Shown one piece after another: positions 32,301 through 39,932 of a DNA stretch of 64,000 bases. Origin of the DNA: Candidatus Versatilivorator sp. (GTDB taxonomy: Bacteria; Acidobacteriota; Terriglobia; Versatilivoradales; Versatilivoraceae). Where the stretch lies: the NCBI GenBank assembly GCA_965207735.1, contig OZ242296.1, forward strand, positions 1,408,001-1,472,000, given 5' to 3'. The first letter of the stretch is position 1; each line of letters opens with the position of its first letter. Both the position numbers and the translations under genes were made by a program. Below the pieces are notes generated by a model. The model saw only the letters and a list, made by a program, of their open reading frames with translations. It searched no databases and was not told the origin of the DNA.

Positions 32301-33930
32301 TTTCCAGCCGGCGCCTTCGCCGACCACCGGCAGACTCCCCGGAACTCCCGAGGAGATCGCCGCCTTCCTGGTACGCGAGTGGCTGGAATGCCTGGGACCG
32401 TCCACTGCGGCAGAGCTGGCCGACCGGCTCGGCCTGCCCCGCACCATGGTCCAACTGGCCCTGGTGACCCTGGAGGCCGGCGGGGCCATTCTGCGGGGCC
32501 GATTCCGTGCCGGGCCCGGCCTGCCCGCGCCGGCAGGATCCCCTTCCCCCATGGACACTTCCACTTCAGCCGCATCCGGTGGGAAGGGCCCGAACTCCCC
32601 GGACCAGCCGGGTCCCGACACGGAGTGGTGCGAGCGCAGGATACTGGCAAGGATCCACCGCTTGACGATCGGCCGGCTGCGCCGGGAGATCGAGCCGGCC
32701 AGCACCACCGAATTCATCCGCTTCCTGCTGCATTGGCAGCACCTGGAGGCCGGCACCCAGCTCCACGGCCGGGAGGGCCTGCTAAAGATTCTGCAACAGC
32801 TACAGGGACTGGAGCTTCCGGCGACGGCCTGGGAGCGCGACATTCTGCCCAAGCGGATTGCCGGCTATCGACCCGAGGACCTGGAAGCCTTGTGTCTCTC
32901 CGGCACGGTGGCCTGGGGGCGGCTGCGGTTCTCTCCTCCTCCCTCATTGGATGGGCAGGATCCTTCGGCCGGAACCAAAAACGCTCGATCCAAGCCCGGC
33001 CGCTCGGCGCCACTGGCCTTTTTCACGCGGCAGGACTCCTCCTGGCTACTGGAGCCGAGACCCCTCTCCATGGAAGACATTCCCGGGTTGTCTCCTGTGG
33101 CCGTAGAGGTCGCCAATGCACTACGGCAATGGGGAGCCTGTTTCCTGTCGGACATTTCCGGGAGCACCGGGCGGCTGGCCGCCGAGGTAGAGGATGGGCT
33201 GTGGGAATTGGTGACCCGCGGCCTGGCCACCGGAGACGGGATGGCCGGGTTGAGGGTCTTGTTGCTTCCGAATCAGAAGCGGCGCCGACCGGAGCACCGT
33301 TTACGAGTCATACGTGGAGGGAACGCTCCCGGTCGACTGCTGCCACTGGGCCGATGGTCGCTCTTGCAGCCGCAGCGTCCCCATCTTGCGGACAATGCGC
33401 CCACCGACCCGCCTCAACCGGACGAGTCCCACGGCCGGATGACGGCTCCCCGTCAGGATTCCGAAGAATTCGCCATTCGGATGGCCAACCAGCTTCTTCA
33501 CCGCTACGGCATCGTCATCCGGGAGCTCATAGCCCGAGAGCCTCACGCACCCCGATGGAGAACCCTGCTGAACGTGTTCCGGAGAATGGAGGCTCGGGGT
33601 GAAATTCGCGGAGGGCGATTCGTGAGCGGTTTTGTGGGCGAGCAGTTTGCCCTACCGGAGGCCGTAGACACCCTGCGGGCGCTGCGGCGCGGCCGGGGGC
33701 CAGGGGGCGACACGGTCCTGGTTCCCGCCGCGGACCCGTTGAACCTGGTGGGCATCCTCACTCCCGGCGCTCGAGTGTCTCCCTTCTCCCATCAGTGGAT
33801 CGCCATCCGGGAGGGTCTACCGATTGAAGTGGGAGAACTGGGAGAGGTGCTGAGCCGATTGCAGCCCAAGCGGTCTTCCGGCACCGAGCAGGCGCCGCCT
33901 CGCTCAGGCGGCGACAGACATCGGCCATGA
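29338..33930 (+). CDS. lhr: Lhr-family large DEAH-box helicase
   Basis: APTGSGKT, ITTPESL, DEIH, SAT, LELGID, QRIGRSGH; C-terminal LLHRYG..GEIRGGRFV..GEQFALP..AADPLNL domain. Confidence 0.9.
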   Translation: MFEMKTVIPTHSPLPRGFHPYLAQWFRQRFAVPSPAQKAGWPPVMAGRDTLVAAPTGSGKTLAAFLWSLNRLVGLTLKGRLEDRTYVVYVSPLKALGNDIHKNLQVPMEEIGRISQEAGEAPLGIRVAVRSGDTPNSERQAMLRRPPHILITTPESLYILLTAKGSRGYLAGAETVIVDEIHAVAGDKRGSHLALSLERLDHLAGRRLQRIGLSATQKPVSAIARLLVGTSGLTPKGRVNCSIVDIGHQRDLELSIAIPDLEFGPIASLELWEAVYERIAAESRAHRSTLVFVHTRRLAERVAHKLSQRLGEDQVATHHGSLSKESRLAAEQQLKSGVIAVVVATASLELGIDIGHVDLVCHVGAPRSIASLLQRIGRSGHGLDTTPKGLLFPLTRDELLQTAAAVRAVRDGELDRVHIPEKPLDILAQQIVATVASGEIDEGELWEQCRKAYPYRDLTPAEFAEVVEILSEGISTRRGRGSAYLHHDGVHRRLRPRRNAALAAITGGGAIPDTADYDVIQEPEGIVVGRVNEDFAIESMAGDIFLLGNQSWRIRRVESGKLRVEDAQGAAPTIPFWVGEAPARTAELSAAVSELRRELAEKLDSEPDSACDWLSRECGLHRSGAEQLVAYLTQTRAVLGEVPTQQTVVAERFFDESGGMQLVLHTPFGGRINRAWGLALRKRFCVSFNFELQAAATDDGVVISLGEQHSFPLQSVSSMVRTERTERDLIQGVLASPMFGNRWRWNATRFLALLRFQHGRRVPMPIQRMRAEDLLAAVFPAQLACQDNAPGPVEPVDHPLVNQTLHDCLHEPLDLEGFLEVLGRLEAGEIRFLGRDTPAPSPMSHEILNANPYAFLDDAPLEERRARAVSLRRMETDAIQADSILDPEVVERVIAELWPDIRDREELHDLLLNLVVLPSQAVGRWREFMNELIEFSRAAPVSWINPSGSRQEAYVAAERLSWLKRVVPEVHVDRCFQPRAPDSETASPFQPAPSPTTGRLPGTPEEIAAFLVREWLECLGPSTAAELADRLGLPRTMVQLALVTLEAGGAILRGRFRAGPGLPAPAGSPSPMDTSTSAASGGKGPNSPDQPGPDTEWCERRILARIHRLTIGRLRREIEPASTTEFIRFLLHWQHLEAGTQLHGREGLLKILQQLQGLELPATAWERDILPKRIAGYRPEDLEALCLSGTVAWGRLRFSPPPSLDGQDPSAGTKNARSKPGRSAPLAFFTRQDSSWLLEPRPLSMEDIPGLSPVAVEVANALRQWGACFLSDISGSTGRLAAEVEDGLWELVTRGLATGDGMAGLRVLLLPNQKRRRPEHRLRVIRGGNAPGRLLPLGRWSLLQPQRPHLADNAPTDPPQPDESHGRMTAPRQDSEEFAIRMANQLLHRYGIVIRELIAREPHAPRWRTLLNVFRRMEARGEIRGGRFVSGFVGEQFALPEAVDTLRALRRGRGPGGDTVLVPAADPLNLVGILTPGARVSPFSHQWIAIREGLPIEVGELGEVLSRLQPKRSSGTEQAPPRSGGDRHRP

Positions 33931-34067
33931 TGCTTTTTGAAACCAGCGCCCTTCAGGCCGTACCGGCACTGCATCAATCGGATAAAAATGTTGAAACCGG
34001 CCGCCGGAGGCCAGCGTTTCTAGGGTTGACCCTGAAGCGGTGAAGCATCCTGGAAAGGTAGAGGTTC

Positions 34068-35855
34068 ATGAAACTGCAACGTAATCTGGTTCTCCCCATC
34101 GTCGGACTGGCAGCCCTGGTCGCCGTGGTCTATCTGGTCTGGGGTGGCGGGGATGCCGGTCAGGATGAGAGGTATTTGAGAGTGGAGGTGCAGCGCGGGG
34201 ACGTCCGCAGGACCGTCACCTCAACCGGAACCCTGCAGGCGGTGGTCACCGTGCAGGTGGGCAGTCAGGTCTCCGGCCGCATCCAGGAATTGCACGCCGA
34301 TTTCAACAGCGTGGTCAAGAAAGGACAGACCCTGGCCATCATCGATCCCGCCAACTTCGAAGCTCAGCGGGACCGCGCCGCCGCTTCCCTGGCCACGGCG
34401 GAAGCCTCGGTCAAGAACGCGGATGCCAATCTGGTCAATCGTCAGGCCGAGCTCCAGAGCGCCGAGGCCAATCTTCAGGTGTCGCGAGTGGACCAGCAGG
34501 AAGCCGGCCGGCAGCTACGAAGAGCCAAAGGACTGTTCGAGGACGGTCTCATTCCCGAGCGGGACCTGGAAACGGCCCAGGCCGGCCGGGATCAATCGGC
34601 CGCGCGGCTGCTGCAGGCCGAAGCCCAGATCAGCCAGATCAAGGCCTCCATTCGATCGGCCGGAGCCCAAAGGGAACAGGCCCTGGCCAACGTCAAGCAG
34701 GCCAAGGCCGAACTGAAGATGGCTCAGGTCAACCTTTATTATACGAATATCACCTCTCCCATTGACGGGGTGGTGATCGAACGCAACGTGGATATCGGCC
34801 AGACGGTGGCCGCCAGCTTCCAAGCCCCCATTCTGTTCATGATCGCCAACGATCTGGCCAAAATGCAGGTCATCGCTCAAATCGACGAGGCCGACATCGG
34901 AGCCATTTCCGAACAGGCCGGGGTCGATTTCACGGTCGATGCCTTCCCCGGCCAGACCTTCCAGGGGAATATTTCCGAGATTCGGCTCAGTTCCAAGCTT
35001 CCGGGCTCCAGCAGCACCGATGCCCAGCAGGCGGCCGGGTCTACCAACGTGGTTGTTTACAACGTCATGATCGACGTCGACAACCCCCAGTTGAAGCTGC
35101 GGCCCGCCATGACCGCCACCGTCAACTTCACCGTGGCCAGCGCGGAGGATGTCTTGAAAGTGGCTAACATCGCTCTGCGCTTTCGACCGTCGGACAAGAG
35201 TCCCGAGGAGATTCAAGCGATGCTTGGGGGCGGACCGCCCGGGTCGGGAGACGGTTCGGCGGCAGCCGGCCCCTCCGAAGGCCGTGAGAACCCGGCGGAT
35301 TCCGGCGGCCGGCCGGGCATGGATCCGGAGCGGATGCGCGCCATGAGAGCACGGATGGCTCAGGGCGGAGGAGGCCGCGGCTCCGGCGGGCGCGGGATGG
35401 ATCCGGAGCGGATGCGGGCCATGAGGGCCAGGATGGCTCAGGGGGGCAGAGGCGGACCTTTTGGAGGCGGCGGGCCCGGCATGCGCCGGAGCAGATCCGC
35501 CGGCACCGGCGCCAAGACCGTCATTGCGCCTTCCAACACGACCCAGTACGGCATTAGCCCCGGCTTGAAGATTCGGTTTCCTCAGGCAGAGAAGACCCGA
35601 TCTCGAAGGGGCCTGTTGTGGGTACTCGACTCGGAGGGTCATCCGGAACCTCGTCGAGTCCGCTTCGGTATCACGGACGGACGGGAGACGGCAATTCTTA
35701 ACGGGAACCTGGAAGAAGGAGAACAAGTCGTTAGCGGCGAACTGGCCACCGAGGCCAGAGCCAGTACCACATCCTCTCCCTTCGGCGGCCTGTTCGGTAG
35801 GCGGCGTCCGCCTCAACGAAGTCAGCAGCGAGGTCAGAGAAGCGGGAGCCGATAG
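34068..35855 (+). CDS. Efflux periplasmic adaptor (MacA-like)
   Basis: VGSQVSGRI, SPIDGVVI..VDIGQTVAAS, IDEADIG; coiled coil; Gly/Met/Arg-rich insert. Confidence 0.9.
   Translation: MKLQRNLVLPIVGLAALVAVVYLVWGGGDAGQDERYLRVEVQRGDVRRTVTSTGTLQAVVTVQVGSQVSGRIQELHADFNSVVKKGQTLAIIDPANFEAQRDRAAASLATAEASVKNADANLVNRQAELQSAEANLQVSRVDQQEAGRQLRRAKGLFEDGLIPERDLETAQAGRDQSAARLLQAEAQISQIKASIRSAGAQREQALANVKQAKAELKMAQVNLYYTNITSPIDGVVIERNVDIGQTVAASFQAPILFMIANDLAKMQVIAQIDEADIGAISEQAGVDFTVDAFPGQTFQGNISEIRLSSKLPGSSSTDAQQAAGSTNVVVYNVMIDVDNPQLKLRPAMTATVNFTVASAEDVLKVANIALRFRPSDKSPEEIQAMLGGGPPGSGDGSAAAGPSEGRENPADSGGRPGMDPERMRAMRARMAQGGGGRGSGGRGMDPERMRAMRARMAQGGRGGPFGGGGPGMRRSRSAGTGAKTVIAPSNTTQYGISPGLKIRFPQAEKTRSRRGLLWVLDSEGHPEPRRVRFGITDGRETAILNGNLEEGEQVVSGELATEARASTTSSPFGGLFGRRRPPQRSQQRGQRSGSR
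35319..35447 (+). repeat. Intragenic duplication encoding (G)MDPERMRAMRARMAQGG x2
   Basis: ATGGATCCGGAGCGGATGCG at 35319 and 35397 (78-nt period). Confidence 0.9.
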
Positions 35856-35858
35856 TCC

Positions 35859-36599
35859 ATGCAAAATCTCATCAACCCTGTCGCCGAAGGAACGTCTTCG
35901 CCGGACCTAGATCCGGCTGCCGTGATCGCATTGCAGGATGTGTGGAAGATTTACGATACGGGAGAGATTCGGGTGGAGGCGCTGCGAGGGGTTTCCCTCG
36001 AGATTGCCCGCGGGGAATTCGTGGCCATCATGGGCGCCTCGGGGTCGGGGAAATCCACCATGCTGAATATACTGGGCTGCCTGGATCATCCGACCCGCGG
36101 CGTCTATCGGCTGGACGGCGTGGATGTCTCCACCTTTTCCCACGCCCAAAGAGCCGACATTCGCAATCAAAAGATCGGCTTCATCTTCCAGACCTTCAAC
36201 CTGTTGAGCCGGACCTCGGTCTGGGAAAACGTGGAAGCCCCCATGCTCTATTCCGGGACCTCGAAGGCCGAGCGTACCCGGCGCATCGAGGAGGCCCTGC
36301 AAGTGGTTGGAATTCCCGAGAAAGCCAAGGCGCTACCCAACCAACTCTCGGGAGGACAGCAACAAAGAGTGGCTGCAGCCCGGGCCCTGGTCAACCAACC
36401 CGCCATCCTTCTGGCCGACGAACCCACGGGCAATTTGGACTCGGCCACTTCGGAAGAGATCATGACCTTTCTCCAGAGTCTGAACTCCGAAAAATGGATC
36501 ACCTTGGTCATGGTCACTCACGAACAGGAGATCGCCGCCTACGCATCGAGGCAGATTCACATGAGGGACGGTCGGATCTTACGCGACGAGAGGACCTGA
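35859..36599 (+). CDS. ABC transporter ATP-binding protein (MacB/LolD type)
   Basis: [31 protein letters not shown]. Confidence 0.93.
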   Translation: MQNLINPVAEGTSSPDLDPAAVIALQDVWKIYDTGEIRVEALRGVSLEIARGEFVAIMGASGSGKSTMLNILGCLDHPTRGVYRLDGVDVSTFSHAQRADIRNQKIGFIFQTFNLLSRTSVWENVEAPMLYSGTSKAERTRRIEEALQVVGIPEKAKALPNQLSGGQQQRVAAARALVNQPAILLADEPTGNLDSATSEEIMTFLQSLNSEKWITLVMVTHEQEIAAYASRQIHMRDGRILRDERT

Positions 36600-36657
36600 T
36601 GCCACGCTCCAAGGGAGTCGGCTCAAGTCAAATACAGTCCAAATCCGGAGTACTGCA

Positions 36658-37878
36658 ATGAACTACTGGATGATCATGAAGATTTCGCTCAAGGCCCTGA
36701 GCCGGAACAAGATTCGCTCAGCTCTGACCATGCTGGGCATTATCATCGGTATCGCAGCAGTGATCGCCATGGTGAGTCTCGGCCAGGGCGCACAGCGCCA
36801 GGTTCAGGAAGAAATCGCCAGCCTGGGAGACAACACGGTCTGGGTGAGAGCCGGCAGCCGTCGTTCCTGGGGGGTCCGGAGTGCCTCCGGAACGAAGAAC
36901 TCTCTGAAAGCCACCGACTTCGCGGCCATGTTGAACGAGTGTTCTGCGGTCAAGGCCGTCAGTCCCAGCTCCAGGTCGATGGCCCAGGTGGTGTTTGGAA
37001 ACCAGAACTGGAATACCCGAATCGAGGGTTATAACGAACAGTACCCTGATATGCGAAACTGGACCATTGCCCAGGGCAGCTTCTTCGACGATAGCCACGT
37101 CAAGGCAGCCGCCCGGGTGGCCGTGCTGGGCAACACCGTCTGGACGGAACTGTTTGCCGGCAGCGACCCCGTCGGGCAAACCATTCGGGTCAAGAACCTG
37201 TCATTTCAGGTGGTCGGCGTGTTCAAGGCGAAGGGGTTCAACTCATGGGGCCGCGATCAGGACGACGTCATCATTGTTCCCTTCACCACCGTGCAGAAGA
37301 AGTTTCTGGGGGGCGCTCTCCACGTCGAGTCCGGATTGGTCCAGGCTGTCAGTGCCCGAGCAACCTATGCCGCCGAAGAACAGATCAGGGCGCTGCTACG
37401 CCAGCGGCACCGCCTGGGGCCTTTCCAGGACGACGATTTCATGATTCGCAACCTCAGCGAAATCGGAGAAGCCGCGGAATCAACCAACCGCATGATGAGT
37501 CTGTTGTTGTCCGGCATTGCCGCCATTTCGCTGCTGGTGGGCGGTATCGGCATCATGAACATCATGCTGGTGGCGGTCTCGGAGCGAACACGAGAGATCG
37601 GAATCCGGATGGCGATCGGCGCCCGACCGAATCATGTGCGCGTTCAGTTCCTCTCGGAATCGATCGTCCTCTGCCTGGTGGGCGGCATCCTGGGTCTACT
37701 GGTAGGAGTGGGTATTTCCTGGGGAATCGCACAATTGCTCGGCTGGCCCACGATAGTCTCGCTCGATTCCATCGCCATCTCCATGCTTTTCTCCGCGGCC
37801 ATCGGGATCTTCTTCGGCTACTATCCCGCCCACAAAGCGGCAGCCCTGGATCCCATCGAAGCCCTGCGCTACGAATAG
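36658..37878 (+). CDS. MacB-type ABC permease
   Basis: RSALTMLGIIIG, GGIGIMNIMLV..ERTREIGIR, YPA.KAA.LDPIEALRYE. Confidence 0.93.
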   Translation: MNYWMIMKISLKALSRNKIRSALTMLGIIIGIAAVIAMVSLGQGAQRQVQEEIASLGDNTVWVRAGSRRSWGVRSASGTKNSLKATDFAAMLNECSAVKAVSPSSRSMAQVVFGNQNWNTRIEGYNEQYPDMRNWTIAQGSFFDDSHVKAAARVAVLGNTVWTELFAGSDPVGQTIRVKNLSFQVVGVFKAKGFNSWGRDQDDVIIVPFTTVQKKFLGGALHVESGLVQAVSARATYAAEEQIRALLRQRHRLGPFQDDDFMIRNLSEIGEAAESTNRMMSLLLSGIAAISLLVGGIGIMNIMLVAVSERTREIGIRMAIGARPNHVRVQFLSESIVLCLVGGILGLLVGVGISWGIAQLLGWPTIVSLDSIAISMLFSAAIGIFFGYYPAHKAAALDPIEALRYE

Positions 37879-37978
37879 ACACAGTAAGCCGAACCCGGAT
37901 ACCGGCGGACGCACCCGCCGTCCGGATCTCCCGGACTATCTTGCCTCCTGACTCAGCGGAGATCTGCTTACTCGAAAG

Positions 37979-38287
37979 CTAGAGATTCTCGAAAAAACGG
38001 TGGTCGGTTACGAAGGAAAACCCGTTGGGGATCTCCCGTATGTAGAGTTCGGCCCTGAGCACCTGGATGCATCCCTCGACCAGGACCCGGTCCAGGGGCC
38101 ATTGGTTGTCCTTGGCTACTTGGTTGACTTTCTCCAAGGCAAGCTGGGTTAATTTGAAATGACCCTTGCAGGTGGCTCGTCCATTGTGGACCTTCCCCGC
38201 AAACTTGTGAAATTTCCCATCCACCTCGCCCCAGTTCTCCATGGATAGGGTGTAGTGCTTCTCCAGAAATTGAAATTTCTTGTTCAT
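37979..38287 (-). CDS. Hypothetical protein (~102 aa)
   Basis: Plausible globular, lower-GC ORF (MNKKFQF...DHRFFENL) filling the intergenic gap; no recognised motif. Confidence 0.6.
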   Translation of the reverse strand: MNKKFQFLEKHYTLSMENWGEVDGKFHKFAGKVHNGRATCKGHFKLTQLALEKVNQVAKDNQWPLDRVLVEGCIQVLRAELYIREIPNGFSFVTDHRFFENL

Positions 38288-38543
38288 CGGTACCTCGGGC
38301 TGCTGCTGCGCCCTGAAATCAGTGGCTTGCCGGTGGAAGTGTAGCCCAGATTCCCCGCCCGGCAAATTCCTTTTTCCGTGGGGTACTCGATCGTCTTTCA
38401 AGGATGAACAGGATGGACAGGATTATTGTTGTTTGCTTATCCTGTGCATCCATGTTTCTTTTCCCCATTGCGCCGGCAGGCAAGGGATTCGAGAATCCGA
38501 CCCTGCCCCATCCAGTGAAGCAACCGCCAAAGGAGCGACGTTC

Positions 38544-39911
38544 ATGGAATCCGTCCTGCAATACATCCACCGGAACCGGGATCGCTACATAGCGGAGCTG
38601 AAAGAATTCCTGACCATTCCCAGTATCAGCAACAATGCCGAGAACCGCGCCGACATGGAGCGCTGCGCTGAATTCCTGAGAGACCAACTCGATACCATCG
38701 GAATGCAGAGGGCGGCCCTGTTTCCAACCCAGGGCCACCCCATTGTCTACGGGGAGTGGCTGGGAGCGCCCGGCAGACCCACCGTGCTCTTCTATGGGCA
38801 CTACGACGTTCAACCGGTCGATCCCCTGGATCTTTGGATCTCGGGACCCTTCGAGCCGACCATCCGGGACGGCGAGCTTTACGCCCGGGGAGCCATTGAT
38901 GACAAGGGCCAGGTATGGATGAATTTGAAGGCCGCCGAGGCTCACCTGCAGGATCAAGGAAGCCTGCCGATCAACCTCAAGCTCTTGATCGAGGGAGAGG
39001 AGGAAGTCGGCAGCGCCAATCTGGACACCTTTATCCAAACCCACCAGGAACTGCTGAAAGCGGATGTCGCCCTCATTTCAGACACTCCCATGTTCGATCG
39101 GGGGATTCCTTCCATCTGCTACGGACTCAGGGGACTGGCCTACTTCCAACTGGACTTGAAGGGATCGAGCCAGGACCTGCACTCCGGTTCCTTTGGCGGA
39201 ACGGTGATCAATCCCAACTTTGCGCTGGCGCAGATCATAAGCTCGCTCAAGGATTCCGAGGGACGCATCCTGATCCCCGGCTTCTATGACGACGTGGCTC
39301 CCATGAGCGACCGGGAAAAAGAAGAACTGTCCCGGCTGCCTTTCGACCAGGAACGATTCCGGGCTGAGGTGGGCGCACCCGAACTCTTCGGTGAAAAAGG
39401 ATACGGGACGCTGGAAAGAATCTGGTCCAGACCGACTCTGGAGGTCAACGGCCTGTGCGGGGGCTTTACCGGCGAGGGAGCCAAGACGGTCATCCCGGCA
39501 ACCGCCATGGCAAAAATCAGTATGCGCCTGGCTCCCAATCAGGACCCGGATCGGATAGCCCACCTCTTCGAACGACACTTGAAGACCATCACCCCCGACT
39601 CGGTAGAACTTACGCTCACTCGCATGCACGGCGGAAAACCCTGGCTGACTCCCATCGACCATCCAGCCATCCGAGCGGCCTCCCGGGCCTTCGAGAAGGG
39701 GTTCGGCGCTTCGCCGGTCTTTGTGCGGGAAGGAGGAACGATTCCGGTGGTGACCACCCTGGCTGAGACCCTGGGGCTGTCCACGGTGCTGATGGGGGTC
39801 GGCCTCCCCGATGAGAATGCCCACGCCCCCAACGAAAGAATGGACCTCGGCAACTATCAAAACGGCATCGTGAGCGTAGCCCACTTCTTCGATCAGTTTT
39901 CAGGACGCTGA
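38544..39911 (+). CDS. M20 family dipeptidase
   Basis: YGHYDVQP, ARGAIDDKGQ, EGEEEVGS, DLHSG, AHAPNE; SD AGGAG before the ATG. Confidence 0.92.
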   Translation: MESVLQYIHRNRDRYIAELKEFLTIPSISNNAENRADMERCAEFLRDQLDTIGMQRAALFPTQGHPIVYGEWLGAPGRPTVLFYGHYDVQPVDPLDLWISGPFEPTIRDGELYARGAIDDKGQVWMNLKAAEAHLQDQGSLPINLKLLIEGEEEVGSANLDTFIQTHQELLKADVALISDTPMFDRGIPSICYGLRGLAYFQLDLKGSSQDLHSGSFGGTVINPNFALAQIISSLKDSEGRILIPGFYDDVAPMSDREKEELSRLPFDQERFRAEVGAPELFGEKGYGTLERIWSRPTLEVNGLCGGFTGEGAKTVIPATAMAKISMRLAPNQDPDRIAHLFERHLKTITPDSVELTLTRMHGGKPWLTPIDHPAIRAASRAFEKGFGASPVFVREGGTIPVVTTLAETLGLSTVLMGVGLPDENAHAPNERMDLGNYQNGIVSVAHFFDQFSGR

Positions 39912-39932
39912 ATCCGCCACCGAGTCCGAGGC

